This document shows, in pieces, positions 1 to 13,254 of a DNA stretch of 64,000 nucleotides. Source of the stretch: the human T2T-CHM13v2.0 reference genome, Homo sapiens; NCBI RefSeq assembly GCF_009914755.1, contig NC_060926.1; one strand, 5' to 3'. The translations under genes and the position numbers were made by a program. Position 1 is the stretch's first letter. Each line of letters begins with the position of its first letter. Below the pieces are notes generated by a model. It ran no database searches, was not told the origin of the DNA, and worked only from the letters and a program-made list of their open reading frames with translations.

Positions 1-530
1 AACAATTTTAGCATTCAGATGAAGCGATTTCATTCTGTGACTGCCTTTTCTATTAGATTTGATTTTGAGAAGCCCCAGTGGGTGCCTTCGAGGCAGAGAT
101 CTATCTGTGAGGCTGCTACCGACTCAATAGCAGCCTGGGCTAACCTTGACCTTTCCTGAGACCCCGCTCCATCTGGTGCCAGCCTGCTTTCCACCACCCC
201 CCCTCCTTTTTTGCTTCATAGTCAACATTGATCAAGGCAGAACGGAGCGCCTCGTCTCCTGGAAGGGCTGGGCAGACTCAGGAGAACAGCACATTTCAGT
301 ATATGGAAATGATCAAGCCTCTTATGCAATCATAAATCTACATAGGAGTCTTGTGATTTGATATTTCATTCACCTCCAAAGATTTTTTTTCTCCCTCCCA
401 ACAGGGATTTATAAGCTCTGTAAGAGCTCCCGGACAACGGCTTTCCCCAACACCTGGAAATTATCAAGCTTCCTGCTTGCTGAATGATGCTAACAGCTCT
501 AATGCTGCAAATTCATTTTTAACAACTCAC

Positions 531-546
531 TGGCTTTTATCTAGGA

Positions 547-589
<43 letters not shown>

Positions 590-1112
590 ACATGTGCCTT
601 TCTTTAATAAAAATCTACCAAAGCAACGGATAGTATCAAAGATACCAAAATCAAATCTGACTTGAATATCCTACATCTCCACACCCATCCTCATTATGCA
701 TTTCTAGATAGATGGGTTTTTCCATCTCTGAATTCTGACCCCTTTTTTAACCATCAAGAGGGGAGAGATAAAGAGGGAGAGAGGAGAGTCAGAGAAAAGA
801 GACACAGAGGAGAGAGAAACAGATGGAAACATGCCAAACAGAGAGAGGTAACGATGTAACACTTGAATGGAGCTTGAAATCAGCTTCTCTCCTCCCTAGG
901 CCACATTCCTCCTTTCCCAAAGACCCACACGAACGTCTCCTTCTCCAGATCACCCACTAGAGTACACAGATGCCTCCTCTGCCCCACACTCTCTTTCTTT
1001 CCTCCTCTTCTCTCTGTATCAGGGGCTGGGTGGTAAAGAGGCTGACTGAGGGGGAGTCACGTGGGCAGCCCGTGGGCAGCGGCGGCAGCAGCTCAAAAGA
1101 AATTGACTGACT
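531..1112 (-). other. Candidate non-coding first exon of a minus-strand gene continuing left of the window
   Basis: Inr-like CCAGTCAGTCA at 1114-1104 (minus), ~30 bp downstream of a TATA-like box; GTGAGT donor hexamer at 530-525 (minus). Inference from motifs only, no transcript data. Confidence 0.4.
549..588. repeat. (TG)20 microsatellite
   Basis: Perfect dinucleotide run read directly. Confidence 0.97.
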
Positions 1113-1145
1113 GGCCGCTTGGGCGCATTTCAATATATGGAAATG
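1050..1145 (-). promoter_or_regulatory. Putative core promoter (TATA/CArG-like CCATATATTG, Inr, GTCACGTG E-box)
   Basis: CCATATATTG at 1140-1131 (minus), TCAGTCA at 1110-1104, GTCACGTG at 1056-1063, local CpG retention. Confidence 0.5.
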
Positions 1146-1343
1146 ACCAGAGGCTTCTGCAATAAATCAGCACTCAACACTTTGTCATTTTTCTAGTTCT
1201 GCTTCATTTTCCTATTTTCCTCTTCTCCTCACAGAAGCCTCATTTCTTGCATTTTGCCTTGCCGCGTCTCTTCCCACTTCCAACCTACACCCTCTCCAAA
1301 TCTTGCCCCATCCTCTCCATCGCTCCCAACCACCGCGCGCCCC

Positions 1344-1351
<8 letters not shown>

Positions 1352-1389
<38 letters not shown>

Positions 1390-1401
1390 GCACACACACA
1401 C
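1352..1401. repeat. (CA)n microsatellite with CG interruptions
   Basis: Read directly. Confidence 0.96.
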
Positions 1402-4400
1402 TTTCTGTTCTCTGGCTCCCCTGTAATTGGAAACATCCGGTCTACGACGATTTTTTCCTTTTCTTTCCCTTTCAAAAAATTTTCCGACAAAATCAGGCAG
1501 TATTTGCTGCCCTGCCTCGGATTATCTGAGACAAGAGGCGCCCAGGATGAGCTCATGTAATCCCCAGGATGGGAACCTCAAGCCCCTTATGATAAAGAAA
1601 AAAGAAAAAGACCAGGATACTCATTCCTTACCCCAGCCCCCACTCCACCCTCGAGGAGTTCCCTTAGCAAACTTAAAAGACTATCAGAAGCAACTTGTGC
1701 CATGCAGTGCCATGGAGAGCGCTGGATGGCTAGCCAGAAGAAAAGGGAAGGTTGTAGTGGAAATCTACGTGGGTTTGCAGGTTCCTGCTTTTCTTGTGTA
1801 GAGCCTCCGGTGCCCTCCACCTAACCCTGCCCCAATGCCTCGGGTCTTTTTTGAACTAATGCTGTGCGTCTCCGCAATCTGCAATTACTTTGGATATTTC
1901 TCAGGAGCTAAACGCAGCCTGAATTTCGTGGCGCGTGCAAAAAAAAAAAAAAAGGCGAAATTAACAAAACCCCACCACCGCGCTGTTGTTTTTTTCTGGA
2001 GTTTTTTTTTTTTTTTTTTTTTAGTTCGGTTCAGAAGCAAACGCTACCTAGTTTCTTCCACTCCCTCCCAGATCCTACTTGAGATCTCTAATCTTTCAAC
2101 TTGGGTCTCTGTTTTGCCTACTGGGCAGCCTCTCTTTTTTTTTCTTTCTCTTGGATCTAGGAACAATAGGCATGTAAAGGGTCAGTGGGCATCACCCTAT
2201 AAAGCTCAGAACCTAATTAATTTTATTAAAGGAAGATCTGTTTATGCAATATGACAGCCTGGGGGAATTAACCATTTGAGGACGCAGACGCTGTTGAGTC
2301 ACCAGAGATTCCATCCTCACATCATAAGCTTATACTTCCTGCCCCATTTGATCCTGGGCGGCACCGTGATCCGGGTCTGGTTTTTGTTTGACCTTGTGAA
2401 GAGCTTGTCTGAATCCCGGGGTTCTGCACAATTGGAGGGACACCCGGAAAATCCGTATATTCCCATTGCCAGACGGCAGTTGAAGTGCTCACCCATTCAT
2501 AGTTTGTTGTCGTGACAGCCCCAAAGCTCTCACTATTTGGAACTGGTGGGGAGGTGTGGGGCAGCGTGAACCTCCGGTGCATCCTAGAGTGGATATTTTC
2601 TTGAAAATAATCTGCTTAGAAATCACATTCTATGAAATCCAATATGCCTTCTCAAGAGCGAAGGAAAATGTAACAGTTTTTAAGTTATTATTTTTTATTT
2701 TTTCCTGCCACTCTGGTAATTTGAAATACATTTTTAATAACCTCCTGGAAAAAACCAATTTAATAGTTCAGACATATTGTTCTTTGACTTAATATCCCTG
2801 TGTATTCCTTAATTGCCAAAACAAAGTTTATTTCATTTACAAGGGCTAACTGTATATCTCCTAGGAATTCTAATGTCATAGTCTCATGGTTTTTTTTTTA
2901 TATTATCACCTTGGATTTTGTTCAACATGGATCTAGAAACGTATAGCATATGTATAGAAATAGATATGATAAAATATTCAAGAGCTCTCTGAAGGAAAAT
3001 GTGCTTGAAAATAACCCCCTCTTTTATGGAATTTGTTTTGATTTAGATCTATAGATAGTAAAAAGAATGAAAGAAACTGTGAATTACACTGAATCTAAGA
3101 TGTTTATCACTTTAATATTACACTTCCTAGCTTCCATGTTACAGAGCTTTAGGAATAGTCCCCAAACTTTCAGATTGAAGCTCTGCCTTGTACGGTCTGA
3201 GGTTTGTCTGGAAAGACCTGCCAGCACATGCCAGCTAAAAATGAGTGTCAATTAATAATAATAAAAAAGCTCCCTTATTTCTACACTCATGTAATTTAAC
3301 AGGTTTGGAGAGGAACATAGGATGACAACAGTTGTGAGAACATTCCAATATATGCAGTTCTAACAGCTTTCATTCTAAGACGCCAAACCTTCCGAAAATA
3401 GAATGGCTTAACATTTCTTTTTTATATTAAAAGTCCAATCTACACTTCACATAAAATGTTTTTTTATCACAAAAATATTTGTCTCTAACAAAATGCACTT
3501 TTTGTTCTACCAAAAAAGCAAACATCTTGAAACAGATTCTCCCAGCTTTTTACAGCTCCCCATGGCAATTTTCTGTACTATTTTCAACTGCCCCTCCCCC
3601 ATATGAGACACTTTGAACACTGGAATAAAAATAATTACTATTGAAACACTGAACTAGAATGCCCTGTTTCCCAATATTGCTAACAAAATCTCTAATTCTC
3701 AGACTGCTCTCTGATGGAACTAGGAGAATTGGGGAACTTACACTGATATTTCTAAGTGCAGTTTGTTGTTTTAAAAACATATTGTACTGATTAATAAAAA
3801 TGTGAAATAATTTGAGTTACAAATTTTGAACTACGAATCGCCATCTGCTCAAATGGGGGAAAACCAAAAATTGCCGAATATATTTTCTCACCTCTTTTTT
3901 TTTTATGATAACATAAACAACATTCCTGAATAATTTAAAAAAGAAACTGACTACACTTAATGCATTTTTATAGTTCAACAACTGCTTGGTGAGTCCACCT
4001 TCTCAAACGTGCAATTATTTTTTCCTAATTACTTACATAGGTTCTATCAAAAGATTCAGGTTCTAGTGCTTTTCCCACATATTGTGCAAATCTGCTTAGC
4101 TTTGTTTATCAGGACTCTAAGTCCCTGGGTTGATATGATAAAGTAGACTGCATTGTGCAGTAACCCCAATTTGGTCCTCGGTGTCAACTATGTCAGAGAC
4201 CTGTAAGAACATTCAAAGTATCCTCTGGGAGTGGGGAGAAAAGAAAAAAGTCTCCATGAACCCAAACTTGGAGGGAAAAGCACAACTATCAAATAGATAA
4301 ATAGATACAAAGAATTGTGATAAAGAATTATCTTATCTTTTTGTGGGAAAGAAAGTAGGTAGGTGGATCTGCCATTCAGGGCTATTGAAAGCAGTTGTTG

Positions 4401-7400
4401 ATGGTCTGGCATCCAGGACCCAGTGGAACTTACTATTCCCCCAGCAGAAGAAACAGCAGAATACAGATCATCTAGGATGTACCAAGTTGTAAGGATTCAA
4501 GCAATGAAGATGATGAGCCAGGAGCAATTGGTACAGGGGGTGTAATAGAAGATCTGATGGAGAGGCAAATGTACTGTTTTTAAAACCATATCCTAGGCTT
4601 CCACATGACAGATAAAACAAGTTGATTTTCAGGCATCCTAAAAATAAAGAAATTCAATTCTATTAATCACAGAATAATATGATGTATTTTCCTTTCCTTT
4701 TTTTTTTTTTATTTTTCTTTAAGAGAAGAAAACTCTGACTGTCCAGGGAGGAGAGGATGCCTCGTTTTTCTTATAAACAGACATTGGCACCAAGATCAAA
4801 AAGCCAGAAATTTGTAAGTTATGTCTGCAATAATCACCCTTTGCCAGGGGGAGGGAAGAGTGAGCCAAATGATGTCATGTTGTCATGCCTATCACCGTCA
4901 CTGTTCAGTTTCAGTTCAGGTAAAAATGAGGGTGTAAATTCCCAGGCCCCTGGAATGATGAGGACGTTGCTTCATCGTGTTGGAGTTGGGTAGAAGAAAA
5001 TGAAGAACTCGTCAAAAAATGCTTCCAGACGACCTTGAACATCAGCTGCTCTCTTTCTACTCAAAGTATAATTCCTTGAACATGGCAGCTGCTACTTTTG
5101 TTTTGATTTGTTTTTCATTCATAAACAATCTCTCTAAACTTATAGAATATTGAATATTGTGTATAATGTGAAATAGGAAGTTCTCTTATTTAGAGTCAGT
5201 TCAATACCAGGTGCTTTTGAGTATCAGAAAACTGTGTCACATGTTGAGGGGACCGAAGACAAGTTAACAACAAGAAAAGGTCCATGTTGCGGAGTGGGTC
5301 AGAGTCCAGGGGAGGGACTCACATACAAGTCTGACTGGGGAACTGGCAATAGGCAAGAGGTCAGGGAGGTGCCCCAAAGCGGGAGAATTTTCAACTGCTG
5401 GGGAGGAATGAGTAGGGCTTTGCTACATGGAAAATGTGAGAAGAGCACTCAGAGTGGAAATACTGGCCTGAGCCTAGAGCAAGAGGCTCAAGCAGGCCTG
5501 GTGAGTTTGGGGGCTGCATCTTGCCTGATGTAGCTGAAGCACAGTGGAGTGACAGGAAGATGTCTGCAAAGGGAGGTTGGGGCAAGTCTGGGGAGAACCT
5601 GGAATGTCGTCATTCACAGCCTTGACCTGAATCTCTAGGCAAAGGAAAACCATTAGAGGTTTTGGAGTAGGGGTGCTGGGTGACATGCTCTTTGGAAAAA
5701 TTGAAAGCTGGAGGCAATTTAGAGAATGGCTTGAAGCAAGTTGTTCTCTGCCATTCAACTTATTTTTCTATTTGCCAGTCTGCAGAGGAAGTGGCCCATA
5801 TGCAAATGAAATGATTTGGACCTCACCAGGAATGAAATATTCACCATCTTCTCTTTCATAATTGACGATGATGCTTCTGATGGTGATTTCTATTTACATA
5901 CACAGGATGGCTGAATCTTCTCATAGAAAGTCTACTCTTTGAATGCTTCTATAATTGGACTGTCTAAGAACCTAATTCATCCTTCCCTGTGGGGGCCCCA
6001 AAAGTTTTTACCTCTAACCCCTTGACCCAATTTGCCAAAAGGTAAGACTCAAATTTATGAAGGAAATCCCTCTTCTCCACCTCTAGGAAGAAACACTTGA
6101 AGATGTCTAAGCCTGCCCACTATACAATCACATTCATTCAGCATCCACTATATGCACAACCTTTTGCTGAATCTTCTTTTAAAAAATGAACCCAAATAGA
6201 GATATTGAGAAAACAAGGATGAATAATACATGACATTATACATTTTAAAACATTACCTAAAATCAAATGAAAGAGTAACAATTGCTATCTGTTAACCGGT
6301 TGGATGGTGAGCTGGTTTTTAGCACGACATCCCTGGTGCAATAAAGCTAAGTTTTGTAAATTAAAAATCCTTTAAAATTAGATTCTGTTTTTACAGGGCT
6401 GGAGAGACCAACTTACAGAACTTTAACCATGAAGTTTCATGGCTCTTGTCTTACTTTTCTAGTTCTATCCAGTAGAAAATAACAGTATGAAAAATGGGAC
6501 ACCATGCTGCATTTCAAATAGCCTTCTGCTAATTAGAAAATTACCCTGTATCTTCATAAGGGCTGCCAGCATTGTTTTAATATGGCTCTGCTAATATACC
6601 GAAGGCCCTAATTTAAAAATCTTGTATCTTGGCTGCTAAAATCACTGCAGGCTGAATCTTGTCATACAGGAGGAGATTTTGTTTCTCAGTCCAGGGCATG
6701 GAGCATGATTGGTGTCAGTTTTACACGCCTGGAATGTGTGTGTGTTTAGAGGGGTGGGAGGGTGGAGAGACAAAACAATTGTCTTTAAATGCCTTCTTCT
6801 TAGCACACCTTAGCTGTGATCCCAGATCGGAACCCAGTTCTCTTGAGAATGAAGGCTGCTTTGACATGTTAGTAAGGAAAAAATCAAGTAACTCAAAAAT
6901 TTCTCTTACAGGATTTAGTTAAAATATATATTTATGTGAGATTTAAACAAAGTAATTTCTGCTGTATGTTTACAATTGATATGTTTGTCTGTTAAAATTT
7001 TTTTTGCTGTTTAAATAAAATCTCTTAATAAGAATGAGCAAAATGTGTGGATCCAGTTATATAAACACACATTCACATGCATATCAGCAAATATTATGTA
7101 ATACATAGAAATATACAGTACATCCACTTTGATATCAAAATTGAACACCTATGGTCTGACTTTAGAAAAATGTTAGGAATATCAGACTTAAATTCTTACT
7201 TCCATTCTTAATTATGACTTGGTATTATTTTTATATGCTTCCCTACTTCAAATATCAAACAGTAAAAGCTTTCATGTGTCTTACATATTCATGTCATACC
7301 ACAGGGTCAAGGCCAAATGCCAAAGAGTCGTGACACAAAAAAAATACCTTTCAGCCTGAACCTCGAAACATCAGCCTTCACTTTATCTGTTTAGGGTATT

Positions 7401-8888
7401 ATTTTAATGTAAATTGGTATATGGATATGATATTACTCAAGGGAAGAGATATTCATAAATAGCTATATTTCTGAGATTTAACTCAGAAAATTAGTTTTGG
7501 TCTTTTATTTTTATCTTCTTTTGCTAGCTGTACTTTCAAAAATGGTTTCTCGTTTAAACAACTTCTAGTTCAACTAAAAAGTGATTATACCCTTGAGTTA
7601 TTCTTATTTAAATTACAGGCCCATAAGCATTTCTTTTCATCCTTGGCAAAAATTAAAAAGTATCAACTTAAAATGTAAAAGCATCTCTATCTAAGAAACA
7701 AGTTTAATAGTTTACAGTATATGGCAATTTGAGTGTGATGACTACTTCCAAGCTCTGTAAGCATTCATTAGCTTAGTTTCCTCCCGTTAGCTTGCAATAA
7801 AAATAATAATATTTGCCATTTAGTAGGGGCTTTTCACCCTCAAAGTGCTTTACAGGCATCAAATGGTTTATTTATTAATAATCTATGTTTCTGCTTAATA
7901 AACTAGATTTCTGTTTACAATCAAAGGGAAAATTAGAAAGTGTTCCCCTTGCAATAAGTAAAAGAGTTGCTAACAGACTATCAAATTATGTATTTATTTT
8001 GTCCTGCCCATTATTTTAAAATAACTTTCTCTTAGCCAATTAAAAATTTCAAGGTCCTAGGCAATGAAATAAAGCAGTCTGTTTCATGTCTGTTTGTTTT
8101 ACTAATTTGAAAGGAAGTAGGTAATTTTCAAAGTTTTTACCCCCTCAATTTATTCATGCAAAAGGAAACTTGGTTTCAGATATTACAGATTAGACACCAA
8201 AGAGATTTATCTATTTCCATTTGTGTTTATAAGAACATAGTGGATCTGTGCTGGAGGTAAGGGAGCCTCTGGAACCCCTAGGGTATCAGCTCAAAGGCCC
8301 TGGATTCTATTCCAACCTGAGTGGGAACTGTAAGCTAATATTTTAAAGACCTAAGGCCTCCAGGACATTTGAATTTTGCTTCTTGGGCTCTGGCTTTAGG
8401 GCAGCGGTTGGATGTGGGCAGGGGTTAGCCTGGCCCCAAGATAGGTAATCTCTACAGAAGAAATCACATAAACTGGCCTGCGGTTGGGGGGCTTAGATGA
8501 TACCTATAGACTCAGAAATAAGGCCACTTCCTATAAAACCCCACACCGTTTTTCAAATTGACCTTCCCCATCTCATGATATGCTGTTCCCTGAAAACTAA
8601 TGCTTAGTTGAAACTACTTATGATTCTATTTTGACTTTACCATCCAGAGTTCTCATGAGGAACATCTGAAATGTTGCAGGCTTCTGGAGATTTCTTTGAA
8701 GCAGTGCAGAATAAAAGGAAGATAGAAACTAGTTTACACAGAAGTTTAAAATGGCTCATTGTCCTGCAACTTAAATACATAAATACAGGAAACATCAGAA
8801 AGCTTCAACACATTAGGAAACTGTTCCAGTCATGCCCTATGCTATCTTTTAAGGCTTATAGGTAATTATGATAATAAGAATGTTACCA

Positions 8889-9211
<323 letters not shown>

Positions 9212-11848
9212 TTATAATCTTCACTGTATTTACACACATATATTTTTTCATTGAAACATACTTTCATCTCTTTTCACATTGATTTTGGCTTGTTTGCTCT
9301 TTAATATTTTCTGTTGTTTTTCTTCTAACTGATAAGAATGGGGTAGGGTAAACATCACCCTAGCATGTTTGCACAATGCTGCCTTGTTATAATTAAGTGT
9401 ATTTTTCAAAGGCCTCTAAACCAGTCATAAAAATTTGGTCAGAGCTAAGCTTGGAATGTTAAGGTCTGATCCTGCAAGCGAATTCTCTCAAACACCAAAA
9501 TAACCTGAATTTTGGGCATTTAAAAATATGCACTCATGAAACATAAACTCTCCAAGAGGATTTCTGTTTTACAAAATGATTTGGTGTGCCTCCTACTCTT
9601 ATTTATGCGAAGAATGGATGTGTTCAAAGTTAATTTTGGTCTTTTTAATGGTTGAACAGAAGCCCTGGAGGCAGAAATAGGACTTGTGATTCACCTTCAG
9701 TTTAAAAGCGCTAATTTCTGCCTTCTGGGTGCCTTTATAACAACTTGTCCCCATCTTTGGCATCAAAAAGCAACTTTCGAGTGAGAGGGGAGGAAAGGAT
9801 AGAGGGAGCCAGCCCCCTCTCCCAGAATACAAGCCTCCCTTCTGACGCTGGCTGCGAAGGAGGCTGAGAGAAACAATTTGCAAAATATCCACAGGCAGGA
9901 CAGAGGTGGAGACGCACCAGCATTTAACAGCTCCTTCTGAGAACACCCACTGAGGTCTGTCTCCTCCCACTGAGGGCCTTAACTCACCTTTACCATCCCT
10001 GTAGAAACAGAAGACTAAGTAGGTAAGAGGACCCACCTCTCTCTCTATAAAAAGCCATTTGCTGCCTCATCCCTTATCTCTTTCCAAAGACAGCAGTCAT
10101 AAAAAAATAGCATTGCAAAGTTGGGCAGGAATGGGAACAAAATTGCAATTCAATTGCTTTTTTTTATGTTTTGTAAAATAATGGCAATAAATTAAATAAT
10201 CAAAATATTGAGCCCTACCAACTGGCTTCTGCCACTTGTTCAGTGACTTCTTTTCATCAGGAAGGTTGCTTTACATACCAATAGGTATTTTTAAAATTAT
10301 CTCAATGTCTATTTAAATGTGCTGCACCATGAAGGCCTTCTGGTTTTTTTCAGTTGAAATTAATATTTGCTAATAAAAGAACTGTCAGGTCATTGAAGTA
10401 AACATTCATTGATGTACCCAAAAGAACAGAATGTTGCCAGTTTTTATTTGCGTGGTATCCCTCTGCCCGAGTCAGTCAGTTACCCAGCAAGGCTGCAGCT
10501 CTGGCCACAGCCGGACATCAAGCTCAAGATATGATGAAGAGCTACCTCCCTGAACAAGGAACATAGAATATTGAATTAATTCATTTCACAAGCCCTATAT
10601 GCTCCTGGCAAAAGCAAAGACACTGTGTGGGCTGGATTTTGCATTTACTCATAAAGTTTAAGGTGTTGGCTATAAGAATGACTGTCAAAAGGCGATTGCA
10701 GCATAACCCATGAGAATAAAGTGGGGAGACTCCGGAGGAAAAACTCAATCTCACACCTACTAAATTTTCATATCTATTTCAGGCATAAATGGATTCTGAA
10801 ATTTTGTGGCTTAAAAAAAAGAAAAAGTTCCGTGAACGCAGCAGAAACTGCAACGTTGAAACATTTCAGTGTGGAGATCTGGAAGCACAGATCGGATTTT
10901 GGAGCTGACCTGGGCATGTTTATGATCACAGTCCAAATCAAACATCACAGACCGGATTATCAGCCAGGAGCAGCACCCCTGAAGGTCCCTGTGTTCTGCC
11001 ATGCGACAGCTTTGCCTGGACCTCAAGTTCTCTTCCTCGGCCTTCTCTTGTGCCTTTGCATTCCTACCTCAGGAAGACCCATACAATAATTGAAAAAACT
11101 GAGATTTGGTAATACTTTTCAAGGATTACCAAGTCAATTACTGAGAGGGAGAAAAATAAAAAGGAAATAGTTGAGCATCACATGCTAGGGCACATTCAAT
11201 TCAAACAGCTCCCAGGGAGTTAAAATTCTCTCTATATGGTGAACAGTGTGTGCTTACATGTCGCTGGCAAGCCCACAGCAGTTTAAGGTAATATTTTGGT
11301 CAGCAGGTGTAGACCCCAAATGAACAGTGGTTTAAGACCTGGATTGCAAGAGGCAGGCATGTACCGAAATTAGAAAAGCATTCTCAGGCTATTGTTTAAC
11401 ATTCTACATATGTGAGATACAGAATGAAAGAATGAGAATTATCTTAAAATCCCTGCTAAAGCAGGGCCTGCTTTCTCAAGGCAATCTCAAGCTTTAGTAG
11501 TTCAGACAGATTCTCTAACTGACAATTAATATTAATAGGTAGATTTCACAATGTGGCATTATCACACGGGAGATGGGTGGGCACACCATCTGGGTTTTGG
11601 CAGGTATTAGATGTAATCAAAGGGATTACTTGGCTCAGGGAGAAATAGAAAACCTTGGGTTTGTTTAGTCTCTTTCCTCTTTTGTTTGGACGCAGCTCTA
11701 GGTGTGCTTAACTATTTTCCCCCTTGTTCTTTATTTGTGGTCGGCAACATCTCCAGGGGAAAAGAAACAAAAACAAAAAGAGATGGATGGACAGCCCACA
11801 ACGATAGCTTGGATATGGAATCCTGGCCCATTTTCCCTTCTTACATAA

Positions 11849-11955
11849 AATTCACCAAAAATTTATTGAATGCCTACTATGGGCAAGGAGCCTTGCCAGG
11901 ACACCTCAGCTGTAGGGCAATAAGATGTCAGCACTTACAGGTCTATTTCTGGATG
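11849..11955 (-). mobile_element. L2 3'-end fragment
   Basis: ATTCACCAAAAATTTATTGAATGCCTACTATG resembles the reverse L2 tail. Confidence 0.55.
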
Positions 11956-12047
11956 CTTTAGAATAGGTAAAAGGGCATATTGAATCTTCAAGGAGAATGT
12001 AATATTTCTTGATCTGTCTTTGCCCCTTGCCCACCATGTACCTCTAT

Positions 12048-12048
<1 letters not shown>

Positions 12049-12086
<38 letters not shown>
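12049..12086. repeat. (CA)19 microsatellite
   Basis: Read directly. Confidence 0.97.
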
Positions 12087-12088
<2 letters not shown>

Positions 12089-13055
12089 TGTTACCTGGAA
12101 GATCAAAAGGTGGATGCTAAAAGGTGGCATCCACCTCAGATTTTAGAAAACAGTCACATAATTGCATTGCTTATTGGAAAGATTCAATACACTAGACCAA
12201 GGAACCTATAAGAAGGTATACATGTTTATTTTCAATAAAAATAAATGGAAGTCGTTGATTGGTCTACATTCTTGGAGGAGACAGGTGACGAGGCATTCTT
12301 GAGGTACCAGAACCCTGATGATTGCTGCTGCAGGTAACTTGTGAATTTTATGTTCAACTTTTGCTCTGATGATGAGTGAGAAGTTGGCTTGCCACCAAGA
12401 CATTCCAACTCATGAAAAAACACTTCTAATTCCCCAGTGTCTCTACCCAGGACTGTCTTGCATCCCACAGATAAACACCACCCTAACACACAATGATACT
12501 GCCATTGTTTCATATTTATCACATGCCCAGAGAAAACAGCAGTGACAGAACCTCAGGCTGGACCGTCAAGCTCCCGCAGATACCGGCACTCCTCCACGCC
12601 TCCTTCTGAGCACACAAGACCGCAGAAGATCCCAGGTTCCTTCAAAATTATTTCTGGTAGGATGATCTTGTCCCAAGAACCCAATGTGTGGGATGTATAT
12701 ACTTAGCCACTTAATAGATGACAGTGATTAGCCCCAAACTTTCTGTAACAATAGATCAAAGATTAGGCAGTCCCATTCGCAGGACTAGCAAGGCATTGTA
12801 AGGACCTATTTCATCTTCACCTTCATTCTCATGCTACGTTACTCCACACGCAGGGCACCCCCTAACCATCTCCCTAAACAGACAAAATAAACTCAGCTGG
12901 CACCACTTTTTCTTTCCCAGCCCCCCAGCCACTTCCAGGATCTTTTCGGGTGTAACAGGCACATGATCCATGCTGTATGTGAATCTTTATAAAATTTTAC
13001 TGTCAACAACATAACTACATATTCTAGTGCTCAGATCGACTTGAGCCCTTAAGAC

Positions 13056-13254
13056 TGCAGGGCCCACTACAAAACCCACTAGTCACATGCGACTACCTAA
13101 ATTCAAGTTTATTAAAATTAAATACAGTTTAAAATTCAGTTCTTCAGCCACACCTCAAGCGATCCATGGCCACGTGTGGCTAGTGGCCACCATATTGGCC
13201 AGTGGAGACAGAACATTGGCATCATCCCAGTAAACTCTACTGGACTGCGGGACT
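13056..13254 (-). mobile_element. MER3-like hAT-Charlie non-autonomous DNA transposon
   Basis: GGCCACGTGTGGCTAGTGGCCACCATATTGG, AAAATTCAGTTCTTCAG and AGAACATT..CATCATC blocks match MER3/MER33 consensus text. Confidence 0.8.

Noticed and set aside
83-136. Small hairpins TGCCT/AGGCA and AGGCTGCTA/TAGCAGCCT
   Set aside because: Stems of 5-9 bp are expected by chance in 64 kb.
1427-1820. 124-aa plus and 77-aa minus ORFs in the promoter region
   Set aside because: No recognisable domain, non-ATG starts, no exon context.
1-3200. Naming the minus-strand gene (unverified hunch: a ZNF608-like developmental regulator 5' end)
   Set aside because: No coding exon lies in the window, so the identity cannot be supported from sequence; a BLAT search is needed.
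3835-3856. CTCF-like GAGCAGATGGCG
   Set aside because: Lacks the 5' CC core of the CTCF motif; only a generic E-box.
12200-12660. Possible pseudogene or C/D snoRNA (ATGATGA at ~12369)
   Set aside because: No recognisable protein similarity, no suitably placed CTGA D box or terminal stem.
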